A stretch of 29,844 nucleotides of DNA from a virus (Duplodnaviria; Caudoviricetes). Both the position numbers and the translations under genes were made by a program. Location: positions 1 through 29,844 of IMG/VR virus record IMGVR_UViG_3300002307_002049; one strand, 5' to 3'. Below the pieces are notes generated by a model, which saw only the letters and a program-made list of their open reading frames with translations, was not told where the DNA came from and did not search any database. This document shows positions 17,125 through 25,808 of the stretch, one piece after another (within the stretch, counting starts at the first letter, position 1; every line of letters begins with the position of its first letter).

Positions 17125-17727
17125 ATGTATTTAACTAACAAGTATACCGCCATCTACTATAAAATAGTAGAACAGGCAAAACAAAGAAACCATACTAAAC
17201 AAAAATATGATGGGTATCAAACTCATCATATTATTCCTCAGTGCTTTGGAGGAACCAATGACCCTAACAATCTTGTTGTGTTGAGTTATAAGGAACATCG
17301 TGTTTGCCATCGGTTGCTAATCAATATGACCAAACGAGATGCCAAATATAGAATGATGTATGCCTATAAATTGTTTAACAAAAACTACGATATCTCTTGG
17401 GTTCCAAACTTTAGAGAATATAAACCAGAGTCTTATGAACAAATGGTTAACACTCGTAAATCTCGCGGATCATATAAAACTGGCAAAGACAACAATTTTT
17501 CTGATCCAGAGATTATTAAACTTGTTCGTAAGCGTATGACCGATAGTAATCCAATGACACGCCCTGAGCAACGATTACGAATGAGCTTTAAGAATAACAA
17601 TCCTCTTTGTAGGCCTATAGAGATTGATAATATATGTTTCCCTTCAATAGGGAAAGCGGCAGAATATTTTAACACTACCCCTCACCTATTTAGGAAAACA
17701 TATAACTATCGTGTATGCGATACCTGA
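17125..17727 (+). CDS. HNH homing endonuclease
   Basis: HHIIPQCFGGTNDPNNLVVLSYKEHRVCHRLL motif and a C-terminal NUMOD/HTH-like FPSIGKAAEYF. It is antisense to the operon and overlaps the folE stop. Confidence 0.9.
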   Translation: MYLTNKYTAIYYKIVEQAKQRNHTKQKYDGYQTHHIIPQCFGGTNDPNNLVVLSYKEHRVCHRLLINMTKRDAKYRMMYAYKLFNKNYDISWVPNFREYKPESYEQMVNTRKSRGSYKTGKDNNFSDPEIIKLVRKRMTDSNPMTRPEQRLRMSFKNNNPLCRPIEIDNICFPSIGKAAEYFNTTPHLFRKTYNYRVCDT

Positions 17728-18461
17728 AGACTTAGAGAATCAAAGAATTCTTTCTTGGTTGCCGGATCGGTCAAAAATGCTCCTTTTAATACAGTAGTTG
17801 TAGTGGAACTGTCGTGGGCCATTAGGCCCCTATTTTCACAACAACCATGAGACATTCTCAGATATACCCCAATATTCTTAGATTCAGTAGCCCGCATTAT
17901 TTCTCTTGCGATGTCGTTACATAGTTCTTCTTGAAGCGTACCGCGGCGAGCACACCATTGAGCAATACGAGTATACTTAGACAAGCCAATGAGTTTGTTT
18001 GCGGCAATAATGCCGATATAAGCAACTCCTGACACAGGCTGATGATGATGACTGCACATACTACGCAACTCACTTCTAACCACCAACATACCTTCATATC
18101 TATCCTCACTATCATTAGGGAACGCCGTGGCGTCTGGAGCAACTTCGTAACGACCTGCCATAATTTCGTTGTAATACATTTTTGCTAAACGACGTGCTGT
18201 GCCTTTACTGTTGGGATCTGTTTCACGATCAATTAGTAACGCATCTAACACACCTTCAAACGCCACAGTGGCATCATCAATCAATCGAGACTTAACTGCA
18301 TCGTTGTTGACGTACTCACTGATATTGTCTCCTGCCCAAAATCTTTTACCATTGTGTCGCATTGTGTTACGTAATACTTCGGCAAGATTAGGAGAATTTG
18401 GATTCTCCCACTCTACTGTTTCGCCTTCTTTAAAATCTTTATACGCTTTATCGTATCCCAT
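17706..18461 (-). CDS. folE: GTP cyclohydrolase I
   Basis: TARRLAKMY, SMCSHH, IGLSKYTRI, LQE and HGC..RG motifs. Confidence 0.93.
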   Translation of the reverse strand: MGYDKAYKDFKEGETVEWENPNSPNLAEVLRNTMRHNGKRFWAGDNISEYVNNDAVKSRLIDDATVAFEGVLDALLIDRETDPNSKGTARRLAKMYYNEIMAGRYEVAPDATAFPNDSEDRYEGMLVVRSELRSMCSHHHQPVSGVAYIGIIAANKLIGLSKYTRIAQWCARRGTLQEELCNDIAREIMRATESKNIGVYLRMSHGCCENRGLMAHDSSTTTTVLKGAFLTDPATKKEFFDSLSLQVSHTR

Positions 18462-18473
18462 GTATTCTCCAAT

Positions 18474-19052
18474 TTAATTAAATTCAATGCGTCTTAGATC
18501 TGGGTAGTTGTGTCTCTTGGGTTCTGGATCCACCTGACACAATAATTCTATGCCTCTAGCACAGTCTTCCAGTGTAGGACAATAGTGATATCCGTCACTG
18601 AACGACTGTTGCGTTTCCCAAGGTGTGATACGTAAATCTCTACCATCTGATCTCATGCAACTAAACATTTCGTATTCTGCTCGGTTATCCAACAGTATAG
18701 CACCTGCCCGGCCCAGTTGTAAAGGCTTTCCATGCCCAAAACTCACGCATTGTAACTGTCCAGATCTATACATGTCGGGCCTTAGTAGTCTGGCACTGTC
18801 CCATATTCTGGTTCCGTGGAAACGGTATTCACCAATCCAGTATTCGGTGCGTAACTTGTAATGTACACCCAACTGTCGCATTAGTTGTACAACACTGAGA
18901 TAGGTAAAGGCAGTAAATTCGCAACTGGCGACATGTTCGTATCTAAAACAAAGTTCAAGTGCGTGTGTGCAACCATCGGTCACAACCGCATACGGTGCAC
19001 CGGTATATTCGGACAATCGTTCTTCGAATTCAAACAACGCATCAAAGCTCAT
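18474..19052 (-). CDS. DegT/DnrJ/EryC1/StrS aminotransferase-like protein (short)
   Basis: FEERLSEYTG..YAV.TDGCTHAL, DSA and SFGHGKPL (PLP lysine); only 192 aa. Confidence 0.75.
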   Translation of the reverse strand: MSFDALFEFEERLSEYTGAPYAVVTDGCTHALELCFRYEHVASCEFTAFTYLSVVQLMRQLGVHYKLRTEYWIGEYRFHGTRIWDSARLLRPDMYRSGQLQCVSFGHGKPLQLGRAGAILLDNRAEYEMFSCMRSDGRDLRITPWETQQSFSDGYHYCPTLEDCARGIELLCQVDPEPKRHNYPDLRRIEFN

Positions 19053-20002
19053 CGATTGTACCAGGCCCAGGCATGACGGATGATATCTTCAAGCCCATAT
19101 TGTGGTTGCCACCCACTTGCCGACATAAACTTACCAGCGTCGGCTGTTAGTGTAGCTGGATCTCCAGCACGTCGCGGGCCATTTTTATGAGTAACAGCAA
19201 TTTTGGTCACGGTTGCGGCAGTCATGATAATTTCAAGATTGCTATGGCCACGGTTAGTGCCTAAATTGTAAACACCTGCTGGTATTGACTGATTGACGGC
19301 CAAGATATGTGCCTGTGCCAGATCTTCTACGTGTATGTAATCGCGTACACAGGTGCCATCCGGGGTAGGATAGTCCGTGCCATATAATGTACAGTTCCGA
19401 CCATCGCGAACACTTTCTAAAACTCTTGCTATGATATGAGTTGCACCGGGCTCTTGTCCGTGTCTTGCAGAACTATCTGCACCGCAGGCATTGAAATATC
19501 TAAATGCCACCGAGTCAATGCCATAGGCTTGACCGTAACTGGCCAACAGCCATTCTGTCATCAGTTTGCTTTGACCATATGGACTGATCGGTTCACAAGG
19601 ATCCACTTCTTGACACGGAGTCATAACAGGTTCTCCATAGGTGGCTGCACTGCTACTGAATACAATCCTGGTTGATGTCATGTTGTTCGCAATTAAAAAG
19701 TCCAGTAACTGTTTGGTCTTTACAAAATTGTTTTCGTAGTACACAGCTGGATTAGTCACGCTGGGGCCAACTAGGCTGGTGCCAGCACAATGTATGATAG
19801 CATCGGGTTGGAATTGATGGATACCAGCAAAGGCCACTTCTGTGGCGTAATCGCCAGTGTGCCACCAAACTCCGGGTGTTTTTAACAAGTGTTCTGGAGG
19901 AATCCTGGAATCAATGCCCAGTACTTCGTGCCCTTGATCTACCAAGTTTAACAAGGTTTGCCCACCAATATATCCTGCTGCTCCAGTGACTACTATTTTC
20001 AT
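19049..20002 (-). CDS. galE: UDP-glucose 4-epimerase
   Basis: GAAGYIG, SSSAATYG, YGQSK, RYFNACGA, DGTCVRDYIHV and RRAGD. Confidence 0.92.
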   Translation of the reverse strand: MKIVVTGAAGYIGGQTLLNLVDQGHEVLGIDSRIPPEHLLKTPGVWWHTGDYATEVAFAGIHQFQPDAIIHCAGTSLVGPSVTNPAVYYENNFVKTKQLLDFLIANNMTSTRIVFSSSAATYGEPVMTPCQEVDPCEPISPYGQSKLMTEWLLASYGQAYGIDSVAFRYFNACGADSSARHGQEPGATHIIARVLESVRDGRNCTLYGTDYPTPDGTCVRDYIHVEDLAQAHILAVNQSIPAGVYNLGTNRGHSNLEIIMTAATVTKIAVTHKNGPRRAGDPATLTADAGKFMSASGWQPQYGLEDIIRHAWAWYNR

Positions 20003-21204
20003 TTTTCAATCTTTCTTACTGGATATTTGGCCTGGCTCACATGGTCTCGATATCTCGTGCCTGCACGATTCCATTGCTCGCCGTTGCCTTCCAAGATATC
20101 TACAATGCGATCTACAGTACCATCAGTCCAGTCACTAATTAAACCCATATTGTGATGTGGTTTGTTTAGTAACAATTCTAACTTGTGATAAGCATCATCT
20201 ATTGACCAAGGAACGTAGAGCCTGTTTGGATCATCTGCAAAAGTTTCAGGGAAGCTACGATAAGCAGGATATAAAACATTGGCTCCGAGCGTATCTGCCT
20301 CTGATACAGTGTTTGATACCCAATCTTGCAGAGCACAATTGAACAGCACACGAGTATCGTTAAGGAGAGCATAGTAATCATTTTTCTTTAAGTTTTCGTA
20401 AATTGAGAGCTTGCCTTGTTGTTCCAGTTGTCTAGCACGATCAACATATTCGGGATTGTTGCTACGCAATGGTCCGCCTTGCATGACGGCAAACTCAATA
20501 TTTTTGACTCGTCCTTGTGCATGATACATTTCGATCAAGTCCATAAAGAATCCTGGCTGTTTCTCTTGATCGAATCTGGCAGCAAAAGCCACACGCATTC
20601 GACGTTGATCGAATGGTCGAATATTGTCATGACCGCCAATACGTTCTAGCACTTCTTCTTTGTTAAATGCCAAGCCCGAAATATTATAGATTGGAGCAGT
20701 CCAACCAGCAATACGCATGTGAGCCACCATTTCTTCATTGGTGGCCAATACTGCTGTTACAAATTGATTGACCATGCGTTCATAAGTACTCATCCACTCT
20801 GCCATGCCCCACACATGAACAAAGTCATCGGGATCTACCGACTGAGCCAAACATCTAACAAAAATCTTTGGTCTATACTTTGAATCAACTTGATCAAGAA
20901 TATATGGCAAAGTTTCAATACCCGGAGCAAACATATCTTCAAAATAGATAACATCGTCACTTGTAACTTCACCAGCCTTCATCATTTTAACAAGATTCAT
21001 TAGTTGACTCATACTAAAATAACTACGTCCATGTGCGTCCAACACCTGCCCGACAGAAATAGCACCTGTATTATCTAATGTTTCACCTGGTACATATACT
21101 ACATCAAGACCACGGCGTTCAAATACGCGACGATTCCATTCTGTTAGTTGTAGTGTGTAGCGGGATTCATAATTTTCTAATCCAATGTAGAATAATTTAC
21201 GCAT
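19999..21204 (-). CDS. GT-B fold glycosyltransferase (family 4-like)
   Basis: Start trimmed to MRKLFY. Has FAARFDQEKQP and D-x7-E (DWVSNTVSEA) motifs followed by G...YP. Confidence 0.75.
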   Translation of the reverse strand: MRKLFYIGLENYESRYTLQLTEWNRRVFERRGLDVVYVPGETLDNTGAISVGQVLDAHGRSYFSMSQLMNLVKMMKAGEVTSDDVIYFEDMFAPGIETLPYILDQVDSKYRPKIFVRCLAQSVDPDDFVHVWGMAEWMSTYERMVNQFVTAVLATNEEMVAHMRIAGWTAPIYNISGLAFNKEEVLERIGGHDNIRPFDQRRMRVAFAARFDQEKQPGFFMDLIEMYHAQGRVKNIEFAVMQGGPLRSNNPEYVDRARQLEQQGKLSIYENLKKNDYYALLNDTRVLFNCALQDWVSNTVSEADTLGANVLYPAYRSFPETFADDPNRLYVPWSIDDAYHKLELLLNKPHHNMGLISDWTDGTVDRIVDILEGNGEQWNRAGTRYRDHVSQAKYPVRKIEK

Positions 21205-21206
21205 TT

Positions 21207-21434
21207 TTATCCTCGACGGTAGCCGGCAAATCTGCGGGTATCTTCTTCCCACATGTTTTTGGCATTTTTACCTTGGGTGTACTTGTTGTACTGTTGCCAA
21301 GCATAGCTCTTGAAGTTGTACAGATCTTCTTCTCTAAATCTGTATCCATACTCGATGCAGAATTCGCGGAAGAGATCAAGGTCGTCCATGATAGCGATCG
21401 CTCTTGGATTAGGTTTATGTTGGGGCTTACCCAT
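21207..21434 (-). CDS. Hypothetical protein
   Basis: 75-aa ORF with AAGGA RBS, between the QueD paralog and the glycosyltransferase. Confidence 0.7.
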   Translation of the reverse strand: MGKPQHKPNPRAIAIMDDLDLFREFCIEYGYRFREEDLYNFKSYAWQQYNKYTQGKNAKNMWEEDTRRFAGYRRG

Positions 21435-21445
21435 CGTAGTTCCTT

Positions 21446-21889
21446 TTAGATTTTAATACTGAGGTTGGGGCGAGAAAGTTCATATTTGATCAAGCAGCCA
21501 TTCTCACCATCTTCAGCTACTTCGATCCATACAGCACGATCAGGATATCGTTCTGCTATTTGAAGATAAAGATCGTCGGCGAGCATTTCCACGCTTTTAA
21601 AGTCCAACTGTAAAATATCTTTGCTGTAAAAACTTTCTAACCAGCGTTTAACTTGTATAAATTCCAGATCTCTATTTGAATGCCAAACGTCAATCCACAC
21701 ACGGAAATGGAATATATGGCGATGCGGGCTGGCCAGGAACGAAACATCATATTCATCTCCTGTGGCCAAGTGCGGATCAGTTGCAGCCGCAGGATAACGA
21801 TGTATGCCTTCGCGACGGAATGTGATCCAAATTTTACGTTCTGCGGCTTCCTTAATACGTTCTGCTGTTTCTCTTTGACTTGATATCAT
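21446..21889 (-). CDS. QueD-paralogous T-fold protein (DpdL-like, putative CDG decarboxylase)
   Basis: GIH, LASPHRHIFHF (LxxxHRHxF), RDLEF, SVEMLA and IEVAEDGEN motifs; lacks the QueD catalytic Cys. Confidence 0.7.
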   Translation of the reverse strand: MISSQRETAERIKEAAERKIWITFRREGIHRYPAAATDPHLATGDEYDVSFLASPHRHIFHFRVWIDVWHSNRDLEFIQVKRWLESFYSKDILQLDFKSVEMLADDLYLQIAERYPDRAVWIEVAEDGENGCLIKYELSRPNLSIKI

Positions 21890-21890
21890 G

Positions 21891-22157
21891 TTAGACTTTC
21901 AATAGTTCAATGGTTACAATTTGGGCAATGGCTTGCGGCATATCCGATTCAGTATCGGGTATAATGTGTAAGTTTACATGTTCTTGATCTTTTTTGCGAT
22001 CATAATGGACGATTTCAACAATGGTTCCGCCAGTGGCTGGTTGTACTTTAAATCTCAATGGTGTTGGCATTTCGACATAAGGTAAACATACTAGAGGAGA
22101 CTCATTATGGTATTCCTCTGCCCAGTGTATGACACGATTTAACCAACGTCTAATCAT
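21891..22157 (-). CDS. Hypothetical protein
   Basis: 88-aa ORF with ATGA coupling. Confidence 0.65.
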   Translation of the reverse strand: MIRRWLNRVIHWAEEYHNESPLVCLPYVEMPTPLRFKVQPATGGTIVEIVHYDRKKDQEHVNLHIIPDTESDMPQAIAQIVTIELLKV

Positions 22158-22492
22158 TTTGAGTTCCTAAACTGTTCAACATCTTTGACAGCGTCTTGTA
22201 ATATTGACGCATAGTTCATGGCCTGTTGTCTATTCATAATAAGACTAGATTCGTACTTGATGTAACCTTGTGTGAGTAAGGTCCAGATATGATGCCACCG
22301 AGTGCGACTCCAATAGTTGGTTTTGCCTGTGGTATAGGTAGTGACAGTTATACCCGTCTCGTCTGTTTCCACAAATACTTCATGATCGTGGTCTTCCTGT
22401 CCACATTCACAAGTGACTTTATACATTTTAGTGTCACCCCAGTTGTTTTTGATCAAGATGCCTGTGGCTGGAGTTTCTGGTTTTAAATCCAT
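22154..22492 (-). CDS. Hypothetical protein (CxC..H motif)
   Basis: 112-aa ORF in the operon. Confidence 0.65.
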   Translation of the reverse strand: MDLKPETPATGILIKNNWGDTKMYKVTCECGQEDHDHEVFVETDETGITVTTYTTGKTNYWSRTRWHHIWTLLTQGYIKYESSLIMNRQQAMNYASILQDAVKDVEQFRNSK

Positions 22493-22500
22493 GGTATTCT

Positions 22501-22932
22501 TTATTCCTGATGTTGGTTGAGTCGAATTCCGGTTAAACCGGATACTGTTTGGAAATGATCCCAGGCCATTTTGGCCGCTGGGTTTGTTTCTAAATCATCA
22601 TTGCACATTACTGTTTCTAACCAGATGTGCGGAAGACGACGTGGGTTTGCACCAAACTGGCGAGGCTGATGTAGTCGACCAGATTCCCAAAGTTCTATGC
22701 TGACACTGCGTAGACGATCTTCATCTTCGTCCTTGTAGCCAATCCATTCAGGACTGCTGAAAGGACTGCCCATGGTTTGTCCACCACCATAGCCCTGCCA
22801 AAGTTCAGTCCACTGTACATCATTGTGCGGGTCAAAATCTGTGCGGGCGATGATGACCAGCACATCATCAATGTTGACGGCACCGTCCACAATGTCTCGA
22901 ACACAACGACTATAGCTTAATCCAATTTTCAT
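22501..22932 (-). CDS. Hypothetical protein
   Basis: 143-aa ORF with ATGA coupling. Confidence 0.7.
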   Translation of the reverse strand: MKIGLSYSRCVRDIVDGAVNIDDVLVIIARTDFDPHNDVQWTELWQGYGGGQTMGSPFSSPEWIGYKDEDEDRLRSVSIELWESGRLHQPRQFGANPRRLPHIWLETVMCNDDLETNPAAKMAWDHFQTVSGLTGIRLNQHQE

Positions 22933-23444
22933 TTTATCACTTCATCTTTAGTGTATTTAGACCAATCCGTAAACTTCTTACGGTCTCTTAATTCATGTAA
23001 ACTATGACACCAAACGCCAGGATTTGTTTTGGCAAAATCCTTGTCGTCTAGTTTAATTGTAGCATTATATCCCAGCAGTTGTATATAGGGCAGTTTCACC
23101 GAAATCATGGGAATAAAGTTATTGTATTCAACCAATCCACTTTCACATAAACCTTCGGCACAAGTACTATCCAAGTCTAAAGTACATAGTAATCCTGCCT
23201 GTAGACATTCTAGGATCATAATTTCCCATTCTTTCCATGTTACAGCATCGTTGATTTCTGGATTTGGAAAACTTTGATTAGCACCAAAATAAACATGGGT
23301 ACACTCATTATTTTTTGCTAAGTTTAAAATTACCTGTTCGTTTTGTAAGCCAACCACAAACAAAGTTTTACGACCAACGGCTGGGCTATGTTCTACTTCA
23401 GTACCAATAAAAAAATCTACGTTGTCGTGTCCGATTCGGTTCAT
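22929..23444 (-). CDS. Hypothetical protein translationally coupled to the dpdA-like gene
   Basis: 171-aa ORF with ATGA overlap with the dpdA stop. Confidence 0.75.
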   Translation of the reverse strand: MNRIGHDNVDFFIGTEVEHSPAVGRKTLFVVGLQNEQVILNLAKNNECTHVYFGANQSFPNPEINDAVTWKEWEIMILECLQAGLLCTLDLDSTCAEGLCESGLVEYNNFIPMISVKLPYIQLLGYNATIKLDDKDFAKTNPGVWCHSLHELRDRKKFTDWSKYTKDEVIK

Positions 23445-25039
23445 GCTCGTTGTTCCTGTTCCAATTGATCCAATGCTGACTCATCTAATTGTACATTGTC
23501 ATCCAATTCAGTGTCAACATCGGCATCACCAAAATTAAACAACTGATCAAACATCGGGCGACCGCTTTTGGCTTTATCACCTTTGAATCCTCTGGTACCG
23601 ACGATATCCATCCAATAACGATCGTAATGTTCGATTATGGCTTCGGCTTCCTCACGGTCCGGTGTGGCAAATATAGCATCCACGATGTCTCTAAACATGA
23701 CATGATCCCCGGTACGTCCTTTGGTTCCTTGATTCCACATCATGGCAGGCCATGTGCCTGAATCATACTCACGATTGGCTCGCTGTACTGCTTCAATATG
23801 TGTCCAAACATTATGGCCCATTAGTAGTGCATAACTAAAACTATCCCACGATGTACGACCTTCTTTGCCAATCTTGTTTAGGTCGCCCGGCTTGTAGATA
23901 CAGACATCTTTCATTTGCATACGTAGACTAATTGGGCTTTCGTCAAAGCGATCGATCAAGCCATCGGCTAATACAGCCTGGCCAAAAGGTCTAGTATCAT
24001 TGGCATATTTTTTATCATCTACAATAGGACTCATACGATAGCACCATTTTTCATTGTGTGGCAAATCAATGTGGTGATATACCTGTCCATTAGCTGTGGC
24101 CAAAAACGGACTAGCACAGTCAAATGATATGGTAAAGTTTGGATTTACATGACGGCGAACCGCACGTTGTATGTCAGTGAGTAATACTGCCCACTCTAGT
24201 TTACTGGTACCTAAAAAGTGCATCCAATCATGTATGCCCGTTTGTAGTAGGTTATCATGACGTAAGGCAACCAATCGTTTGAGAACCAAGTGTACATCGC
24301 ACATGTTTTGCCCACCCATGCTCCAACCGTTGAAGTGTGTGTCAGGATACTGTGCAGGATCGCAGTAGTGTTTCATTGTTTCATACCAGCGATCGGCATC
24401 TGGATGATTGGCACCCTGTAGTACATTCAGCACTCGCATACCACCGTTCTTGATTCCTTTACGATTTTTCATATAAAAATCATTATTGAACTTGGTGGCG
24501 TCTACTGCTTCTTCTAGGGTGCTTATTCCGCAGGCCTCTGCGGCTTTTTTATCGTGTATAACCCAGGTTGGTATATCCAAGGTCATACCATAATCAGCAA
24601 CACCGTCTAACCATTTGAGCACAGCTTCTCTGCGTTTCTGTGCTCGGGGACAACCAGAGTTGGCCTTCCAATCGCCTTCCCATAGGCCCTTGGCAATTTG
24701 GAATCCGCCCGAGTCGCCTAACATCAAGGTACCAGGTTCACGACTACGAACCATGTCCTCAGACCAGTCTTGCTTGGCGAGATCTAGATTGGCATGCCCA
24801 CCTGAATACAAACTCCACTTGTACGGAAACAGGCCCTTCTGACTGTTAAGCCAGTTCATCATTTCCATATCCGGAATGCCAGCTGGCATTCTAGCAGGAT
24901 CCACATACGGTCCTGCCACAGGATCACGCTGTTTGCCTACGTAAGTAGCATAGAAACCACTGATGGCCGGAAGGAACACAGCATACTGGCTTTGCCCGTC
25001 TGGTCCAAGCTGTTTAGAGGTTAAGTTATCTTGGATCAC
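23441..25039 (-). CDS. dpdA: TGT-like DNA guanine transglycosylase (DpdA family)
   Basis: TGT-fold motifs DSGGFQ, LDIP, VLQG, HFLG and SFDCASP; no TGT zinc motif; folE, queD and queE in the same region. Confidence 0.75.
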   Translation of the reverse strand: MIQDNLTSKQLGPDGQSQYAVFLPAISGFYATYVGKQRDPVAGPYVDPARMPAGIPDMEMMNWLNSQKGLFPYKWSLYSGGHANLDLAKQDWSEDMVRSREPGTLMLGDSGGFQIAKGLWEGDWKANSGCPRAQKRREAVLKWLDGVADYGMTLDIPTWVIHDKKAAEACGISTLEEAVDATKFNNDFYMKNRKGIKNGGMRVLNVLQGANHPDADRWYETMKHYCDPAQYPDTHFNGWSMGGQNMCDVHLVLKRLVALRHDNLLQTGIHDWMHFLGTSKLEWAVLLTDIQRAVRRHVNPNFTISFDCASPFLATANGQVYHHIDLPHNEKWCYRMSPIVDDKKYANDTRPFGQAVLADGLIDRFDESPISLRMQMKDVCIYKPGDLNKIGKEGRTSWDSFSYALLMGHNVWTHIEAVQRANREYDSGTWPAMMWNQGTKGRTGDHVMFRDIVDAIFATPDREEAEAIIEHYDRYWMDIVGTRGFKGDKAKSGRPMFDQLFNFGDADVDTELDDNVQLDESALDQLEQEQRA

Positions 25040-25758
25040 TTGGTCTGTGCTAATAAAATATAGTTGTAAGTGGCCAAACCAGAATCCACAGTGATCATGG
25101 CTGCACCACTGTCACTGATACGGAATGTTTTGTCTCCGGCCAAATCTAGTATACTGATCACAGTTTTAATCGGCCATGACCATGTGCGTTTAAGCACACC
25201 CGTAATTGACGGTTCAAACACAAAACTACCAGCGTGAGTTGAGTGATCACCAAAGTAAAACTTTAGATCTCCGTTTTCGGTCCTGACCTGGAAATTGACT
25301 TCTTCAGCCATGGCCTGTGCCTGCATTTTAAATCTTTGTATTGCGGCCACGCTGGGAGAGAATTCAACCACCCATGGAACACCTTTAAATTCTATTGTTT
25401 TAAGTTTGGCATTCACATGTGTGGAAGCCATAAATCTATAACTGTTTTTAAAGTCACCGGTGGCATTTTGGAAATTGATGCTTTCGGGCTCGCCTGCGGC
25501 ATTTTTGCTCAAGTTCAGTACTGCATTTTCCCGGTACTCTTGCAAGTTTAACATAATCTTGAGTTTGCTGAGATTAGGCATACCAAACGTGCCCATAAAC
25601 TCTGCCACTGGATTGGCAAAGGCACCCTGCACCACTACACTACGATCTTCGGCCAGTGCTTCAATTTTGGTCTCAGTGTCTGAGCCAGTGATTCTGACCA
25701 GGTCAATACAGCCCAGGTCCAGCGTGTGTCCTACTAAATCTAATAAATGATCTTTCAT
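25036..25758 (-). CDS. Probable DNA polymerase sliding clamp (gp45/PCNA-like)
   Basis: 240-aa size, beta-rich clamp-like pattern and position downstream of the DNA polymerase; assignment is mainly by resemblance and context. Confidence 0.6.
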   Translation of the reverse strand: MKDHLLDLVGHTLDLGCIDLVRITGSDTETKIEALAEDRSVVVQGAFANPVAEFMGTFGMPNLSKLKIMLNLQEYRENAVLNLSKNAAGEPESINFQNATGDFKNSYRFMASTHVNAKLKTIEFKGVPWVVEFSPSVAAIQRFKMQAQAMAEEVNFQVRTENGDLKFYFGDHSTHAGSFVFEPSITGVLKRTWSWPIKTVISILDLAGDKTFRISDSGAAMITVDSGLATYNYILLAQTK

Positions 25759-25779
25759 TGTCGTTCTCCTTGATATGTT

Positions 25780-25808
25780 ATTGTACGCGAGTTATTTAGA
25801 ATTTGCAA
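25780..25808 (-). promoter_or_regulatory. Sigma70-type promoter with a nested TAAATA box, upstream of clamp-dpdA
   Basis: TTGCAA-17 nt-TACAAT, TAAATA at 25793-25798, then an AAGGAG RBS. Confidence 0.6.

Noticed and set aside
16789-17800. Group I intron in folE
   Set aside because: folE is complete without splicing, the C-terminus is duplicated rather than split, the HNH is antisense, and I found no P7 or other core intron elements.
23441-25039. Canonical tRNA-guanine transglycosylase (tgt)
   Set aside because: It is longer and divergent, lacks the CxCxxC zinc motif, and sits in a phage replication context, so DpdA fits better.
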